The notes: generated by a model not told the origin, from the sequence alone. Shown: positions 25,322 to 39,351, counted from the whole stretch's first letter. The stretch: DNA of 63,998 nt, filler included, from Pirum gemmata (GCA_002812295.1; 9 parts of 9 records of this genome joined end to end with filler, not necessarily neighbours in it), one strand, 5' to 3'. Translations and numbers: made by a program.

Positions 25322-26164
25322 TTAAACTAACGCGTTTTCGACAACAGTTTCTTGATTTTCAAATAGAGGACTATCTTGTCCTACAACAAAATTTACATCA
25401 GGTTCTAAGGCATTAGCATTGTTTGCATTGCGAGCGCTGTGTACTTTAAATGCTGCTCCTACTGCACAAGCTAAAGCAACAACCCCACCAACAACTCCAC
25501 CTGCAATGGCTGCAGTGTTACTACTGTTTTCTTCTTTGCTCTCAACAGCTAAAACTATTGGAGTACTTTTGATAACGCTAGAAGACGGTTGTGGTGTAGA
25601 AGTAGAGTATGTAGAGGTTTCGGTTGGGGAAGAAGAAGCTGTTACAGAAACTGAGTCTGTAGTTACAGAAACTGAGTCTGTAGTTACAGAAACTGAGTCT
25701 GTATTTACAGAAACGGAAGTTACAGAAACTGGGTTTGTAGTTTCATAAGCTGAGGCTGTAGTTGTTGCATCAACTTTTTTGCAAAGGTGTGGGTTAAAAT
25801 GACGTTGGCAAAACAAATTAAGAGCTGCACTACCAATGTATTTAGTAACAACAGCAGCAGCACCAACAGCAACAACTTTTAGGAGATTTGAATTTGATTT
25901 TGATGGGAGAGTCTTCTGGCTGGCAGCTAGAGGAGAAGTTTTAGGTTTATTATGGTTTATTGGTGGCATTCGATAATGTTTAGGGTTCTTTGGGTATTTA
26001 AGAGAATCCGCAAGGGTAGGCCAGTTTTCTGCCACATTTAAATGTTCTATACCGTTAACAGTATCACTTCCAATAGCACCAGTAGTAGCAATAGTAGCAG
26101 TTGTAGAACTACATTGCGCAATTACTACAGCCAAACTAAGTAATGTTGAAGTGGATAGTTTCAT
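25322..26164 (-). CDS. Single-pass mucin-like surface protein (280 aa): signal peptide, Ser/Thr-rich stalk with SVSVTTD repeats, GxxxG TM helix, short tail
   Basis: MKLSTSTLLSLAVVIAQC signal; 21-bp coding repeats ~25640-25730; TM AAIAGGVVGGVVALACAVGAAF; tail ..DSPLFENQETVVENALV. Confidence 0.85.
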   Translation of the reverse strand: MKLSTSTLLSLAVVIAQCSSTTATIATTGAIGSDTVNGIEHLNVAENWPTLADSLKYPKNPKHYRMPPINHNKPKTSPLAASQKTLPSKSNSNLLKVVAVGAAAVVTKYIGSAALNLFCQRHFNPHLCKKVDATTTASAYETTNPVSVTSVSVNTDSVSVTTDSVSVTTDSVSVTASSSPTETSTYSTSTPQPSSSVIKSTPIVLAVESKEENSSNTAAIAGGVVGGVVALACAVGAAFKVHSARNANNANALEPDVNFVVGQDSPLFENQETVVENALV

Positions 26165-26703
26165 GTTTATTTATTTGTTTTTTTTTTGTTTTTTATTTTT
26201 ATTTTTATTTTTTAATTTTAAAATAATAATAATAAAAAGTGATAATAACTGAAAGAAAATTTTTTTAATTTTTTTGTTTTGTTATGTTTTTTCATTTTTT
26301 GTTGTTGTTATTGTTTGTTTATATAATAATATTATGTATATCAATCTTAGATTATTAGGTTTATTATTAATAAGAATTATTTATTTTATTGAGTTTTTTA
26401 AATAATTACGGTTATGAAAACTTAATGAAAAAAAAAATTTTTTTTTGACCATTTTTTTATTTTTGGCCAAAAATGACAAAAATGACGAAAAAAAAAAGTT
26501 GCCATTATTTTTTTTAAAAAAAAGTACCAAATAAATGAAGTGATAATAAAAATAATAATAATAATAATAAATATATATAGTCTAGTTCTTTATTATAATT
26601 TTAAAAACACCAAAAAACTTTTTATTGAGTGTGATAATTATCATACTTTTTTAGTCCTGCATTTGAATGATAACTCGTTTTTTATTATAATATATAACTC
26701 TAC

Positions 26704-26935
26704 AGTAGGGGTGAAATATCTACTGGAACTTTTTTCGAACAGATGCTTATCGAGCCGACCTTAATTCCATGTTTCTTACTAATAATAGCAGTTAAATAGC
26801 TTACAATAGTAAATCTAATTATAGTAGTTACCAATTAAAGTAACAATATTAACATTAATAGTAATAAAAACCATAAATCGGAAAAGTTCCGGCAGCTGTT
26901 CGGTAATAATAAAATGACGTCATCTCACCCCTTCT
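26704..26935 (+). mobile_element. MITE family C copy with 8-bp TSD AACTCTAC
   Basis: TSD at 26696-26703 and 26936-26943. Confidence 0.9.
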
Positions 26936-28535
26936 AACTCTACCTACTTTATCAAACATAATATTATGTCACGTCAAGGGGTAGGCAGATAAGCGGTATT
27001 TGACCGGAAATTAACGTCAAGGGGTAGGTAGGTAGGGGCATTTGAAGCTGTATTTGACCAGAAATTGGCGTTACGTAGTATTTGAAAGCTCCCTTGGCCA
27101 ACTCTCAAACTAAATGATAAAAGCATTTTGTTGTTATGCATAACATCACATTATTATATCCATAATTATCGATACGAGCTCGGGTAAAATTTCAAAAAAT
27201 ACAAATTTCTTTCTTGTTCTAGGTTTTGTTTTGTTTTTGCTTTTTTTATTTTCTTTCTTTCTGCACTTTCTTTCTTTCTGCATTCGAATTAAAACTTCTT
27301 TTTTATAAGCCTGCTTTATCAAACATATAGAAACAAAAACAACAAAAACGAAAACAACAAAACCCAATTTAAAATCAACAAAAACAAAAATAACAGAAAC
27401 AAAAACAACAAAACAAGTTAAAAATAACAAAAACAAAACCAACAAAAACAAAAACAACAAAAACAAATTAAAAACAACAAAAACAACCATAACAATAATA
27501 GTAACAGAAACAGTTAAGATCATGATTTACAGTAACAAGAACAACAACAACAACAACACAACAACAATTACAACTTTAACAATAACAACAATAACAACAT
27601 GCATATGTGTAAAATAACAACACTAACAACAATATTAATAACAACAATAACAACAATATTAATAACAACAATAACAACAATAATAATAATAATAATAACA
27701 ATGACAACATGTAAAACAACAACAATAATAACAATAACAACATGTACAATAACAACAATAACAACAATAACAACAATAACAACAATAACAACAATAACAA
27801 CAATATCAACTATATATCAACAATATTAACAAAGATATAATACCAATATCAACAAAGATATAATACCAATATCAACAATCAGAGATAATGTTCAGATAAT
27901 CATTTTGTAAACTTTCAATATTTTCTGGAACTTTCTTGTCCAACTTTTGGGATTCACTAGAATTTCTAGTTTTCAAAAATATGTAATATAATAGGTATTT
28001 AATTAATAAGTTTGAAATTTCGAACATATAACTATAATAAAAAAAGGTGTAAAAAAGCAGTAAAAAAAAGGTAGCACGTTTTTAGATTGTTTGATGTTGG
28101 AAAAAAATCCGTTCGTTACACCATAGTACGTAACGCCAAACACAGCTTCAAATACCCCTACCTACCTACCCCTCGACGTTAATTTCCGGTCAAATGCCAC
28201 CTACCTACCTACCCCTTCCCATACCAGCTGCACCATACGGTCCATACCTAGTCAGATCAAAAAATGTTGTTTTTTAGTGGTTTAAAAAAAAAAAAAAAAA
28301 GACTAAATTAAGTAAAACTTAAGATTTTACCAATTATAGTATACTAATAACCATAAAAATAGACTTTAACAACCTAATTTAATAATAGAATAATCAAATA
28401 TAGTGTTATATTTAAGAATAAAAGTCTTTTAACTGGATAAATGATAAAATCACTATAAAAAGTGATATAGTTACTAACTTTGGTAAACATTTTAAGACTT
28501 TTTTACTTAATATATTGACCAATAAAATCTCTTGA

Positions 28536-28588
<53 letters not shown>

Positions 28589-29113
28589 AAAAAAAAAAAA
28601 AAATTTTTCTCTGTATTATGTAAAAAAAAAAATAATACGAGAAAGTACAAGAAAGAGTTCAAGAAAAAAAATAAACTCCTTGAAAAATATAAAAACGATC
28701 TGTGAAAAGGATGATAATATCGCGCTTTTTATTTTTATCACTCTGAATATTTATTTAGAGGGTTATAATCTTTAAATTGACATTTTAAAATCAATACATA
28801 GATAATGTAGATGTTGGTCTTTCGACCCTTTAGCCTTTTACTCCCTTTTTCATGGATATACATAATTATACGTATATTAATTCCATATCAGTATGGAGGT
28901 CAATTTGTTTGTTTTTGTAGGTTAATTAATTAAATTTTGTTGTTTTTGTAGAACAACTTGTTCTTGTTTAATTAATTAAGAGTGAAATTTTGTTTTCTCA
29001 AGTCTTTATTTTGTTGTTCTAACTCCAATATTTTATTAGTTTGATTGTCAACTTGTTCTTGTTTTCTAGTTGTTTTCTCAACTCTTTAATTTATTAGTTT
29101 GATTGTCAACTAG

Positions 29114-29178
29114 CCCTAACCCTAACCCTAACCCTAACCCTAACCCTAACCCTAACCCTAACCCTAACCCTAACCCTA
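29114..29178. repeat. Interstitial (CCCTAA)n near a contig end
   Basis: ~10 hexamers followed by non-telomeric sequence. Confidence 0.95.
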
Positions 29179-29344
29179 CGTACTAGTACTTGATATACAT
29201 NNNNNNNNNNNNNNNNNNNNNNNNNNNNNNNNNNNNNNNNNNNNTTAATTAATTAANNNNNNNNNNNNNNNNNNNNNNNNNNNNNNNNNNNNNNNNNNNN
29301 AATAATAATAATAATAGCAACAACAACAACAATAATAATAATAA

Positions 29345-29380
<36 letters not shown>

Positions 29381-30591
29381 AAAAAATTCTACTCCCAAAA
29401 AGGAAGATTTTTTTATATTTACCGGTATATGACCCCTCATAGCTTTTATTTTTTGGTTTGGCTTTCTACAATTCTCTTCTAAGTCTAGAGCTAGAGTACT
29501 AAGTACTGTAGAGTAGTCTGTTGAGGACGTCACTTATTCTTTGATAGAAATCATTGCTCGAAATTAATACTTAAAAACTGCTTTAGACAGTAACCTGTAA
29601 TTAATTAATTTAAAATATAAATGAACTTTAAAATTATGGCCAAAAGTGTTTTGGACAAACAAAGAGGCATAGGTAAGATTAGGGAGCGTTTCAAATAATA
29701 CGTCACGTCAAGGGGTAGGTAGGTAGGCGGTATTTGACCGGAAATTAACGTCAAGGGGCAGGCAGGTAGGGGTATTTGAAGCTGTACTTGACCGGAAATT
29801 AGGTGATGTCCTTCGTGGATGATTCCTAACTATCAACCAAGCTGACAAAATACCCAAGTCTCGCTTGAAAGTTTGAGTCTTGAGACACTCTTGAGACCCT
29901 GTTTTCATACTTGACTAAAAGAAGGGAAGGTAGGTGACAGCTCCAACTCGATATCTTGCCAGAAAGGGAAACCGGAAGATGTGGGGAAAACACCGAATCG
30001 AGACAAGTTCGAAAGTTTCGAAATTTTTCGATCTAATTTTAAGTATTGACTTACTTTTGATTTTCATTTTATATATTATGATAGAAAAGAAAAATCTTGA
30101 ACCTCGGAAACAAAAGAACAGGATTGAACTGTTTGACTCGATTATGTTTCCCGTGTCTCCCCAGGCCTTTCTCATTGAAGAACAGCGCTGTTTCGATATA
30201 GGCACCTATATAGTCTGTATAGGCACCACTCGAGCTACAAAGAACTACTAGCTGGATGCACTTCTTTCCAAACAACTGATTAAAATTTCCACAGAAATAA
30301 CAGTGGAGTGATGATGGAGTCAGGACTCGATAAAAAAAGCTACCAAAAAAGTTAATAAAGCCATATTGAACACGTACAAGGGCTACAACATTTCTACAAT
30401 AGGTGTAAAATTTGTAACTCATTTGAGTAACGCTTTGAAATCCCGTTCTGCGGTGGCTATACATCCCTTTGCCTCTGCTTCAATATTTCTTGTGTGATAT
30501 TTAGTAGATGTAAAATTTGAATTAGAACTACTACTACTACTAGCCTACTACCACTACTACTATCATGATACTACTAATAAGTCTCTACTAT

Positions 30592-30681
<90 letters not shown>

Positions 30682-31378
30682 AAATTTAAAAATAAAACAA
30701 TAGATATAGATATAATAATTATTATAGTATATTATAGAGAAGATTACTTATTTTCACTGATTACTCTTATAAATTAATAGGGGTTGCCCATTAGGATAAT
30801 TAAGATTAACATTTTAAAAGCAGGGTCAGGGTTAGGGTTAGAGAGTGTTAGGGTCAGGGTTAGGTTTTAAGTTCAGGTTTAAGTTTAGGTTAAAGTTTAG
30901 GAAAAGGCATTGTTTTTTTAATCGATTAGCAAACCAAAGCTGACTCTAGCTAGTAGATCTAGCTAGTAAGATCTTTTATTATCAATGTTCAAGCATCTGG
31001 TTCAAGTTGTAATTTTTTATTTATTTATAAGGTAAAAAAGTAAAGAGTGATATATATATTATAATTTATAATAACAAGTATATAATATTATATAATATAT
31101 GATTATATAATTATTGTATATCTGTAATATTCAAGAAAATATTGAATTAAAATTTTGAAGCTGGTGGAAAAAAAATAAAATAAAATAAAATTAAAAAAAA
31201 TGAAAATAACAATAATAATTATGATTGAATTATCATACTGTTTATGATAATAATGATAATGGCAATGGTAATAATAATACAATAAGAATATATAATAATA
31301 ATAATTACTGAGATTTATAGTAGATTTATTACCAAGGAGTCGAAGGATTTATCACACAGCTAATACAATTATGATAAT

Positions 31379-31552
31379 AGTAGGGGTGAGATATCTACTG
31401 GAACTTTTTTCGAACAGATGCTTATCGAGCCAACCTTAGTTCCCTGTTCCTTTAATAATGTTAATTAACATTAATAGTAATAAAAACCATAAAAATCGGA
31501 AAGTTCCGGCAGCTGTTCGGTAATAATAAAATGACGTCATCTCATCCCTACT
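31379..31552 (+). mobile_element. MITE family C, internally deleted copy, 8-bp TSD ATGATAAT
   Basis: Same termini; TSD at 31371-31378 and 31553-31560. Confidence 0.88.
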
Positions 31553-32139
31553 ATGATAATACTATGATAATAGCTATGATAATATTGTATAAAATATTTT
31601 GTTTATATGTGTGAGTCTGTCTACTGACACTTTTTTTTATCATAATATTATCATATGCATAAAAAATTAAAAATAATTATTGATAGCTAGCTAGAGCCCC
31701 ATACTTTTTATATGATAGTATATATCATAGTGCTTTTCAGTTATTTTGTCACCATAAAATACACAATAAATAATACCAAATTAATATAATATAAATCCAT
31801 TTTATTTGTTTAGTATATTTTATTATCTATATATTGATTTAAAAGTGTCGATTTAAATATTATAACCCTCCAAATAAATATTCAGAGTGAGAAAATAAAT
31901 GATAAGCACGATTATGATAACAGCTATGATAGCTAGCTCTAGAGTCTGGACTTGGGGGCCTGATACTAGTTAGAGGTTTAGGGAGAGTTCAAATAATACG
32001 TCACATCAAGGGGTAGGTAGGTAGGTGATATTTGACTGGGAGTTAACGTTGAGGGGTAGGTAGGTAGGGGTTTTGAAGCTGTATTTGACCAGAAATTGGC
32101 GTTACGTAGTCTTTGAACTACAAAGAAAAGGTCACAAAA

Positions 32140-32325
32140 GTATCAGATGGCAGTTTATAAACTTGAAAAAACGAAATTTCCATTTAAAGTAAGAATATTG
32201 CCATTTATAGTAATTTTAGTCACTTTTTTACTATTACACATAACATTTTTACTTTAAATGGGAATTTAGTTTTTCCGAGTTTTTGTTCCTTTTCTATTAT
32301 CAACTACCAAGTCTACCATCCGATA
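32140..32325. mobile_element. Foldback/MITE-like element with long imperfect inverted arms
   Basis: GTATCAGATGGCAG..AAATTTCCATTTAAAGTAA / TTACTTTAAATGGGAATTT..CTACCATCCGATAC. Confidence 0.55.
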
Positions 32326-33428
32326 CACTCTTTGTGGCTCCCTTAGTTTATTAGTTAAAGCTGTGGGTTTTTTAGCTGTAGTAGTTCTGTAGTACACGTG
32401 AAAAAAAGTCTGAAAAAAAAGTAGACTATACATAAATGCCATTGAATATCCTCGAATATCGCTATAATCGTACCTTTTCTAAAGGACAAATAATACGTCA
32501 CGTCAAGGGGTAGGTAAGTAGGTGGTATTTGACCAGAAATTAACGTCGAGGTAGGTAGGTAGGGGTATTCGAAGCTGTATTTGACTGGAAATTGTGTAGT
32601 ATTTATATAGTTGCAAAGAAAAAAAAAAAAAAAAAAAAAAAAAAATCACTTTTTCAATATTTTTTCCATTTGCACTAGTGACTAATCACTATTTTTTAAA
32701 ATCGTAAGTTATTAATAGAAATAATTAAAATTACCTATATTTAGTAACTTTTCATAAAAAAAGAATTTCAATTGGTTTTGGGCTGATAAGGCTTTTTTTG
32801 TGGGGGGAGGGGGGCCTCAGGGGGCCCGGGTGCTCTCATCCTAAATGTGAAAAGGGCCAAAAGGCTAAATCATCTAATAAAATAATTTATTATCATACGG
32901 GAAAGTTCAAATAATACGTCACGTCAAGAGGTAGGTAGGTAGGTGGTATTTGACCGGAAATTAACGTCGAGGGGTAGGTAGGTAGGGGTATTTGAAGCTG
33001 TATTTGGCTGGAAATTGGCGTTACGTGACCCTATCCTAGAATTATCATATTATCACTACTATATCACTCGTTTTTTCGAATAAAAGCTGTATGCACCATA
33101 CAAAGTACTTTTGGTATTATCATCATAAATAGAAAACAAATTACCATACTTAGTAATATTGAAGCCTTTTGAAGACCAGTTTTACTGTGGCTTAAATTTT
33201 TTTTTATATAATGATAAAATAAATAAATAAAAATACTATAAAAATAAAAATAGCAAATTTGATTACTATTTGATTCTTGTGCAGATGTACACTGTACTTC
33301 ATTGCAGGCTTCATTGCTCCAGGCTCCTTGTATTCTGTAGGGCCATTTGTGCAGGGGTTAGGCGTGTTCAAGCTCAAAAGAACTGAAAGACTCATGTGCT
33401 CTTATAAATATACCCTACAACAATAATC

Positions 33429-33568
33429 CCTAATTCCTAATCTCTAATCCCTAACCTTTAGCCCCTAATCCCTACCTAACCTTAACCCCTAACCCCTAAC
33501 CCCTAACCCATAATAACCCCTAACCCCTAACCCCTAACCCCTAACTCCTAACTCTTAACCCCTAACCT
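33429..33568. repeat. Degenerate (CCCCTAA/CCCTAA)n tract
   Basis: Heptamer variants of the telomeric repeat. Confidence 0.85.
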
Positions 33569-33620
33569 ATAGCTATATAATAATAATAATATCAATATAA
33601 TTATATTATCGATCGTATTA

Positions 33621-33759
33621 GGGAGCGTGTAAATAATACGTCACATCAAGGGGTAGGTAGACTAGGGGGTATTTGACTGGAAATTAACGTCAAGGGGTAG
33701 GTAGGTAGGGGTACTTGTAGCTGTATTTGACCAGAAATTAGCGTTATTCGAACACTCCC
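33621..33759 (-). mobile_element. MITE family A, both ends present, 3-bp TSD TTA
   Basis: TTA|GGGAGCG..CACTCCC|TTA. Confidence 0.9.
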
Positions 33760-34612
33760 TTATATTATTATTCAATATTCATTTATAAATCATTCCATAG
33801 ATTCCAGCTACTTTCGAATACTTTTTGATCTATCGATACATCTACAGCTTTATTAAAAAAAAACTTTCTATCGATAATCAACGCAGAATAGAAAGTAGAA
33901 TTGTGGAAGAACCAGTGAACAACTAGCTACAGTAATAAAAAGTTTTTATTTAAAAAAAATAAAATATCTAGATATATATTTTAAATCAGTGTCGTTTTTT
34001 TAAAAGGGAGTCAAAAAAAAAAGCACAACTATATATTATAAATACTATATATCATAGTAATATTCTTAATCATCGTTACTTTTTAACTATTCGTATGACA
34101 TTTAATACTGCCATGGGTAACAACTCATTATAACTTCAGGTAAATAATTTAATTATACATTTTTAATATTTAAATTGGTAGGCTTTAGTCCTAGGTTTTT
34201 AGTCTTATAGTTGTCTAAATGTCTAAAATGTAACAATTTTTTATTATTTTGGCTGAATGAAAAATATAAATAAAAACGACATAAAGACATAATAAATGCA
34301 TTGTCTAGCTATAGTAGATCTCTCATCCTGCCCTGATTCCTACCAGAGAGTTTAGACCTATCATGTTAACCGTACCAAATTATTATTTCAGTTAAACTAT
34401 CAGACATGTTTTAATTAATTTGGTAGTTTATAATAAATGTTTTATTTTGTAAAACAGTTCAATTATACACTTAAACCGTACCAAATTAAAGATTGAGAGG
34501 ACAACTGTAATAAAATAGTTTAGACGAGTAGTCTAGCTAACTAATTTTTATTTTTTTCACTCTGAATGGGTAAACTTTTTAAAAAACTGAACCTATATTA
34601 CTTGAATAAATA

Positions 34613-34801
34613 CCAGTAAAAAATCTGAAGATGGAAAAATCTGAACATGGAATTGAATCTAGAAGGGTATTTTTGCCAACTAAGACATCTAGATTGGTAT
34701 TTTAAACTCTTTAATCGACATCTGGATACATTAGTTGACAAAAATACCCTTCTAGATTCAACTCCATCTTCAGATTTTTCCATCTTCAGATTTTTTACTT
34801 G
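34613..34801. mobile_element. Foldback MITE family F (TA-flanked, long TIR containing 16-bp CCATCTTCAGATTTTT units); second copy 56388-56699
   Basis: TA|CCAGTAAAAAATCTGAAGATGG..CCATCTTCAGATTTTTTACT(T/G)G|TA; ~70-bp inverted arms. Confidence 0.8.
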
Positions 34802-35644
34802 TAGATAATACCATGGATTTATAGTAACCTGACTACCACACCAATTTCTCATAGCTAGGGAGTATTCAAATAATACGTCACGTCAAAGGGTAGGTAGGTA
34901 GGCGGTATTTGACTGGAAATTAACGCCAAGGGGTAGATAGGTAGGGGTATTTGAAATTGTACTTGACCGGAAATTGGCGTTACGTTGAATTTACTCCGGA
35001 CATCTACTAACGTCTATTTCACTACAGTTTTCCACTCATTCTTTAATTTGGTACTGTTTAAGTGTATAATTGAACTGTTTTACAAAATAAAACATTAATT
35101 ATAAAATACCAAAATAATTAAAACATGTCTGGTAGTTTAACTATAATAACAATTTGGTACGTTTATTTCAGCTTTTGAACTGGTCAACAATATTGAAAAA
35201 CACTACTATAGTGGGGGGGGGGGGTACAAAACTCTACAATACCACTACTCTAGACATAGATATTAATAGTAATAGTAATAGTAATATTAGTAATAGTAAT
35301 ATTAGTAATAGTAATATTAGTAATAGTAATAGTAATAATAATAGTAATAGTAATATTAGTAATAGTAATAGTAATAGTAATTGTAATTGTAATAGTATAC
35401 GTAATTAATAATAATAGTTTTAGGCCGGCATTTTACTGAAAACTCACCTAAAACTCTCAGACATATTATTATTATTTATTTATGATGACTATAGTTATTA
35501 TTAATAGCAGTCATGTTGGCACTTATTTTTAAAAATAACATTCTTTATGATAGTAATTTGGTTCATAATTTGGTTCATAATCATATATAATAAGGGGCTG
35601 TTCAAAAAGTACGAACTATATTTTTACAACTTAAACTCCCACTC

Positions 35645-36040
35645 CCCTAACCCTGACCCTAACCCTGGCCCTAATCCTAACCCTAACCCTAACCTTAACC
35701 CTAATCATAACCCTAACCCTAACCCTAACCCTAACACTGATCCCTAACCCTAACCCTAACCCTAACCCTAACCCTGAACCCTAACCCTAAACCTGAACCC
35801 TAACTCGAACCCTTACCCTGACCCTAACCCTAACCCTAAAGCTTAACCCTAACCCTAACCCTCGACCCTAACCCTAACTTAAACCTTAACCTTGAATCTA
35901 ACTCCTTAACCCTTAACCCTAACCTTAACCTTAACCTTAAACCCTAACTTATAATTTTATAACCCTAACCCTAACAGTCCCTAACCCTAACCCTAACCCT
36001 AACCCTAGCCCTAACCTTAATTAACCCTAACCTTAACCCC
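35645..36040. repeat. Degenerate interstitial (CCCTAA)n
   Basis: ~400 bp of hexamer variants. Confidence 0.9.
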
Positions 36041-36209
36041 CATCCCCACCCACGCTAATTAAAGTTTGTCGTTTGTTCCAAATACTGCTACTTCCCTAAC
36101 AACCCACCCAAACTCAATACGTCCTAAATAAACAGTCTCAATGTAATAAAATTAATATGGAAAACATGGAAGTTGTTGGGCTAAGTTCTTTTTTCAAAGC
36201 AAAAAAAAA

Positions 36210-36410
36210 ACCTGCTACTAAACAAAACAAAAACTCCCCTAAACTGTAAACAAAAAAGCCTGCCGTAAACAAAAAAAGCTTGCCGTAAACAAAAAAAACC
36301 TGCCGTAAACAAAAAAAAACTGCCGTAAACAAAAAAAAACCTGCCGTTTAGTCTACAGACTACAGGCGTTTACAAACAAAAAAAAACCTGCCGTTTAGGC
36401 GTTTACAAAC
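36210..36410. repeat. ~20-bp minisatellite (CCTGCCGTAAACAAAAAAAA)n
   Basis: 6-8 tandem units. Confidence 0.8.
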
Positions 36411-38264
36411 AACAAACAACAAACAACAANNNNNNNNNNNNNNNNNNNNNNNNNNNNNNNNNNNNNNNNNNNNTTAATTAATTAANNNNNNNNNNNNNNN
36501 NNNNNNNNNNNNNNNNNNNNNNNNNNNNNGGCTGTGGGGGGTCGAGAAAACTTTCGCAAGCGAATAAAATTCGAGGTGGTGACTTCTGCTAATACCATAT
36601 TTGAATTATTTTTATATACCAAATCAGTATTATTCTTACAAAAAATTAAAACACTATGATATGAATCATATGATAATATCATTATGTATATTTGTGAAAT
36701 ACTAATAAGTGTGGTTGATTGATTGATTTCTTTGGGACTCATTATTAGGGGTGCTACTGAGTAGGGTCACATGTAGTAGGTGACTGTAGGTTCTATATAC
36801 TGGGTCTACAAAGTAAGGTGTAAATGAAAACATATAAATCATTTTATAAATGATGCAATATACTATAATATATATATAATATATTGTTACTATATATAAT
36901 AAAATATATCTATATATAATATATATAAATTGTAAAATATATCTATATATTATAGTATAATATATAGAACTTTATATATATACTTTTTGTGTTAAACAAA
37001 AATAAATAATGACTGTCGATGAGTTAATTGATAACATGGTTTTGTATGACAGTAACCGTTGGAGATTACAGCCAAAATTCTGATTTTATAAAAATGAACT
37101 AAAATGAGGTGTTTTTTTTTTAAAAAAAATGGTGTTTTACTCAAAAAAAATTTTGTTTCTGGCCTCTGTAGAAATGTTTGGCCAGAATGTTCGCCTCCAA
37201 GTGGAGCATTTCTACAGAGGGATATTTCGCATCGGTATTTAAGGGTTCGAACTTCGAACACTCTTCGAACCCCCTGCGAAATGTACCTGAAAAAGTTTAC
37301 TTTTTTTTGCAGTCTCTCTACTCTCTAGCTAGCTAGCTAGCTATCATAGCTAGCTAGAGCCCTATCATGGCCTCTATGTCAGCTAGCTAGTAGCTATCGA
37401 TAGCTAGCTAGTAGCTAGCTATTAGCTATCGATAGCCAGCTAGTAGCTAGCTATCAGATATCAATAGGTAGATGTCACCAGACTCGCCACCTGAAATCCT
37501 ACTCGAGTCTAGACTCTAAGCTAGACATCATATCATTATGAACAATATAATATTATTTTTTTTTTATATGAATTATGATAGAAGAAGAAAAAAATATATG
37601 TCATATTAAAAAATGTCTAAAAATTATTCGATTCGAATCAAAAAGTGACGTTTTTTCACCTCTCTATTATAACAACTACCCCATTTTTTTGTGATTGAGC
37701 CTTTCTAACCCTGAAAAAATTGCCTGTTCGAAAGTCTTGTTTGAAGCAATTTCGAAGCTTTTCTTTGTAAATAAGGATTTCATGGATGGAGTACAACAAA
37801 CAAGTGTACAACATCACTACAACACTACTACAACATCTCTTTATTGTAACCTTTACAATCTGTTTTACAAACATGTGTATTGATGTGTAGGTTTTTTAAG
37901 CTGTAATTAATTATCATAACAAAACATAGCTATAACTATTAACATATATAATATTATGTAGTATAACAAAACAGTGTAGCGAAATTGGTTAATTAATTAA
38001 AAAAACAAATTTATCGATAAACGCCATAAAATTACAATATTGCCATATGCATCATCATAACTTTTATGTATCATTTAAATTACATATAATATAGCTTGTT
38101 ACTGTATTTTATTTAAGTTTATATGCAGGGTGAAAATTTGATTACGATCAATTAATAAATTTTTGTATTTTATAAAATTATGTATGATACTTTTTTCGAA
38201 TGTAATTATAATTAACAAATTTAATGATAAACCACCTCTAATTATAGCCAGAGATCTAAATGCT

Positions 38265-39012
38265 AAACCTAGCCCTAAACCTTAACCCAACCCCAACCCC
38301 AACCCTAACCCTAAACTTAACCCTAATCCTAACATAAAAACCATAATCATAATCCTAAATTTAAAAACTTAAACCTAAACCTAAACCTAAACCTAACCCT
38401 GACTCTGACCCTAACCCCTAGCCCTCCTAACCCTAACCCTAACCCTAACCCTAACCCTAACCCTAACCCTATAGCTAACCCTAACCCTAGCCCTAACCCT
38501 AACCCTATAGCTAACCCTAGCCCTAGCCCTAACCCTAACCCTAACCCTAACCCTAACCCTATTTCCCCACGCCATACCCACCCTCTCTTTCCTAATACTA
38601 CCCTTAACCCCAACTCTACCTTAACTTTAACTCTAACTATAACCCTATAACCCTAACCATATAACCCTAGCCCTATAACCCTAACCCTATAACCCAACCC
38701 TAACCCTAACCTTTTGACCCTAGCCCTAACTCTGTCCCTATAACCCTAACCTTATAACCCTAACACTATAATCCTATAATCCTAACCCTAATTCTAACCC
38801 TAACCCTAACCCTAACCCTAACCCTAACCCTAACCCTAACCCTAACCTTAACCCTAACGTTAACCCTAACCCTAATCCTAATCCTAACCCTAACCTTACC
38901 CCTAACCCTAACCCTACCCCCTAACCATGGCAACTACGCAATTCTCATGCCCTAAGCCTAAGCCTAAGCCTAAGCCTAAGCCTAAGCCTAAGCCTAAGCC
39001 TAAGCCCTAACT
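38265..39012. repeat. Long degenerate (CCCTAA)n tract ending in (GCCTAA)n
   Basis: ~750 bp; ~9 GCCTAA units at 38949-39003. Confidence 0.92.
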
Positions 39013-39143
39013 AAAACTAAGCCATATTTTTATGATATCAATATCATACTATCAGATAGATATCATAACATCTATTTATATACAGTAGATTAGCTAGCTA
39101 CAGTATCATAGTCTTTAGAGGAGTCTTTATCAATCTATCGATA

Positions 39144-39287
39144 GGGAGCGTTCGAATAATACGTCACGTCAAGGGTAGGTAGGTAGGTGGTGTTTGACTG
39201 GAAATCAATGTCAAGGGATAGGTAGTTAGGAGTATTTGAAGCTGCATTTGACCAGAAATTGGCGTTACGTAGTATTTGAACGCTCCC
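39144..39287 (-). mobile_element. MITE family A, full-length, 3-bp TSD ATA
   Basis: ATA|GGGAGCGTTCGAATAATACGT..ACGTAGTATTTGAACGCTCCC|ATA. Confidence 0.92.
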
Positions 39288-39351
39288 ATACCAACTAGCT
39301 AGAACTAGCTAGATTATGATAGAACAATAGGCTAGCTAGAGCTAGTTATCG

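Noticed and set aside
1502..26164. Talin exon and integrin-like-tail gene as an adhesion gene cluster
   Set aside because: They lie on different contigs joined artificially
29708..30464. Cluster of overlapping 66-131 aa ORFs
   Set aside because: Overlaps MITE A, A2 and J sequence; no recognisable domain in the frames inspected
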